A stretch of 64,000 nucleotides of DNA from an uncultured Actinomycetota bacterium (GTDB taxonomy: Bacteria > Actinomycetota > Actinomycetes > JAHEKZ01), in the NCBI GenBank assembly GCA_963743915.1, contig CAVURN010000002.1, positions 593,551 to 657,550 on the forward strand. The letters are read 5' to 3'. The notes under the pieces were generated by a model. That model did not search any database and had not been told where the DNA came from. It saw only the letters and a list, made by a program, of their open reading frames with translations. A program made the translations under genes and the position numbers. Of the stretch, positions 62,640 to 64,000 are shown piece by piece (position 1 is the stretch's first letter; every line of letters starts with the position of its first letter).

Positions 62640-64000
62640 ATGCCCCCACGCCTTCCCGGACGCCGTCTGTGGCTCGTCGCAGCAGCCCTGGCCCTGCCCC
62701 TGGCCGGCCTGGCCCTGCCCGCAGCCGAGGCCGCTCCTGCGCCCAGCGTCCGGCTGCTCAGTCCCTCGACCACGGGACACCTCGAGCTCTATCCCAGAGG
62801 CAGCTACAGCCTCGACGTCCCGGTCTACGTCGCGGCGAGTGGGGGGCCGTTCGAGGTGTGGGCGCAGCGGACCTATGACCAGCCCAGCATCCTGAACCAG
62901 GTGACGCGGGACGCCGGCTGGTCGGTCGTCGGCACCCAGGTGGTCGACGGAGTACCCGAGCCGGACTTCCAGCGGGGACTGACCGGACTTCTTCCAGGTG
63001 ACGCTTGCGAAGCGGAACGGAACGGTCCTCGCCACCCGGACGCGCGCCTTCTGCCCGGGGAACGGAGATCTCCAGCGCCTCGACGACGACGGGCCGAACA
63101 CCTCGCGCTACACCGTGCCCTGCTGGGCCAGCCCGTTCACGCGCGGACTCCCCTGGGGCATCGACCAGGGATGGGCGGTCAGTCCGGAACTCGGCCTCGG
63201 TCGACGTCTGACGATCGACCCGGGCACCTACCGACTCACCGTCTCGGTCACCGATGACTACCGCAGCGCCTTCGGCATCGCTGACGAGGACGCCGAGCTC
63301 TCGTTCCTCGTGGACGCCGTGAAGGGCGACCGCTCCGAGCCGCACGTCCACGCGGACGCCACCCTTCGCGCGCCGGGTGGCAGGGCCGCACGGACGGCCG
63401 CGCCGATCGTCACTCCCCCCGATTCTGCGCTGCCTGATCTGGAGGCCCTCCCGGCCTGGGGGATCTCCGTGAGCAACCGCAACCGGACCGGACGGTCCTT
63501 TCTGAACTTCGGCGCCACGGCCTGGAATGCCGGCCCCGGCGACCTGGTCGTCGAAGGGTTCCGCGACCCCTCGTCACTCACGATGGACGCCTTCCAGTAC
63601 TTCTACGACGGCGACACGGTGGTGGGCAAGCTCCCGGCGGGCACTCTGGAGTACGACAACCGAGACGGCCACGACCACTGGCACTTCCGTGACTTCGCCT
63701 CGTACTCGCTGCTCGACGCAGACCGTCAGCTGATCGTCGACAGCGGCAAGGAGGCCTTCTGCCTGGCCCCCACCGACCCGATCGACCTGACCGTCGACAA
63801 GGCGGAGTGGGACCCGTGGCTCACCGATCTCGGCACCGCCTGCGGGGAGTCCGACTCGCTGTGGATCCGTGAGGTTCTCGAGACCGGCTGGGGCGACACC
63901 TACACCCAGTACCGTCCGGGGCAGTCGTTCGACATCACCGACCTGCCCAACGGGGTCTACTTCATCCAGGTGTCGGCCAATCCCGACGACGTCCTGGCCG
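62640..64000 (+). pseudogene. secreted lysyl-oxidase-like copper amine oxidase, 3' end beyond the window, one +1 frameshift at about 62982
   Basis: Signal peptide MPPRLPGRRLWLVAAALALPLAGLALPAAEA. After the shift the open frame reads ...YDNRDGHDHWHFRDFASYSLLD...SGKEAFCLAP...GWGDTYTQYRPGQSFDITDLPNGVYFIQVSANP. This aligns with the animal LOX copper site (HxHxH), the LTQ Lys and the Tyr. Confidence 0.75.

Overview
This is a high-GC actinobacterial chromosomal segment. Its backbone order matches, from memory, the Mycobacterium tuberculosis Rv2225-Rv2247 neighbourhood: panB, map, rnpB, a yaaA-like gene, RNase H/phosphatase, a DUF164 zinc-ribbon protein, Nif3, ahpE, DUF3052, aceE, a PucR regulator, then fabD-fabH-acpP-fabF/kasA-accD6-like and DUF3145. 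Several lineage-specific blocks interrupt it. (1) A compact ppgK-gnd-pgl-zwf operon convergent with a GH15 hydrolase. (2) A poorly resolved 13.8-16.4 kb patch with a coiled-coil protein carrying three Rho_N-like repeats. (3) A complete fructose PTS operon, fruR-fruK-IIA-IIBC-ptsH-ptsI. (4) ppk2 plus a visibly lower-GC island of about 4.7 kb (36.2-40.9 kb) holding cupin, a small Cys/His protein, an FAD reductase, DUF488, a Cys-containing wHTH regulator, a hemerythrin-like gene and a YwiC-like gene, with a shared 31-bp promoter-region motif. (5) A TreT-type trehalose synthase beside an IclR-controlled BKACE/L-carnitine-dehydrogenase-type catabolic cluster. (6) A secreted lysyl-oxidase-like protein running off the right edge. 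RNA genes are one RNase P RNA and one tRNA-Val(TAC). I found no transposase, integrase, CRISPR array or recognisable defence system. The dominant anomaly is about 40 single-base frameshifts: none in recognisable genes of the first 21 kb, sparse from 21 to 50 kb, and very dense from 55 to 62 kb. Apparently essential genes (aceE, fabH, ptsI) are hit, yet the corrected frames contain no in-frame stops, so assembly or sequencing indel error is more likely than true gene decay. The long intact treT gene between broken neighbours is the one observation against that. All family assignments come from reading the translations and recalling motifs; no searches were run.
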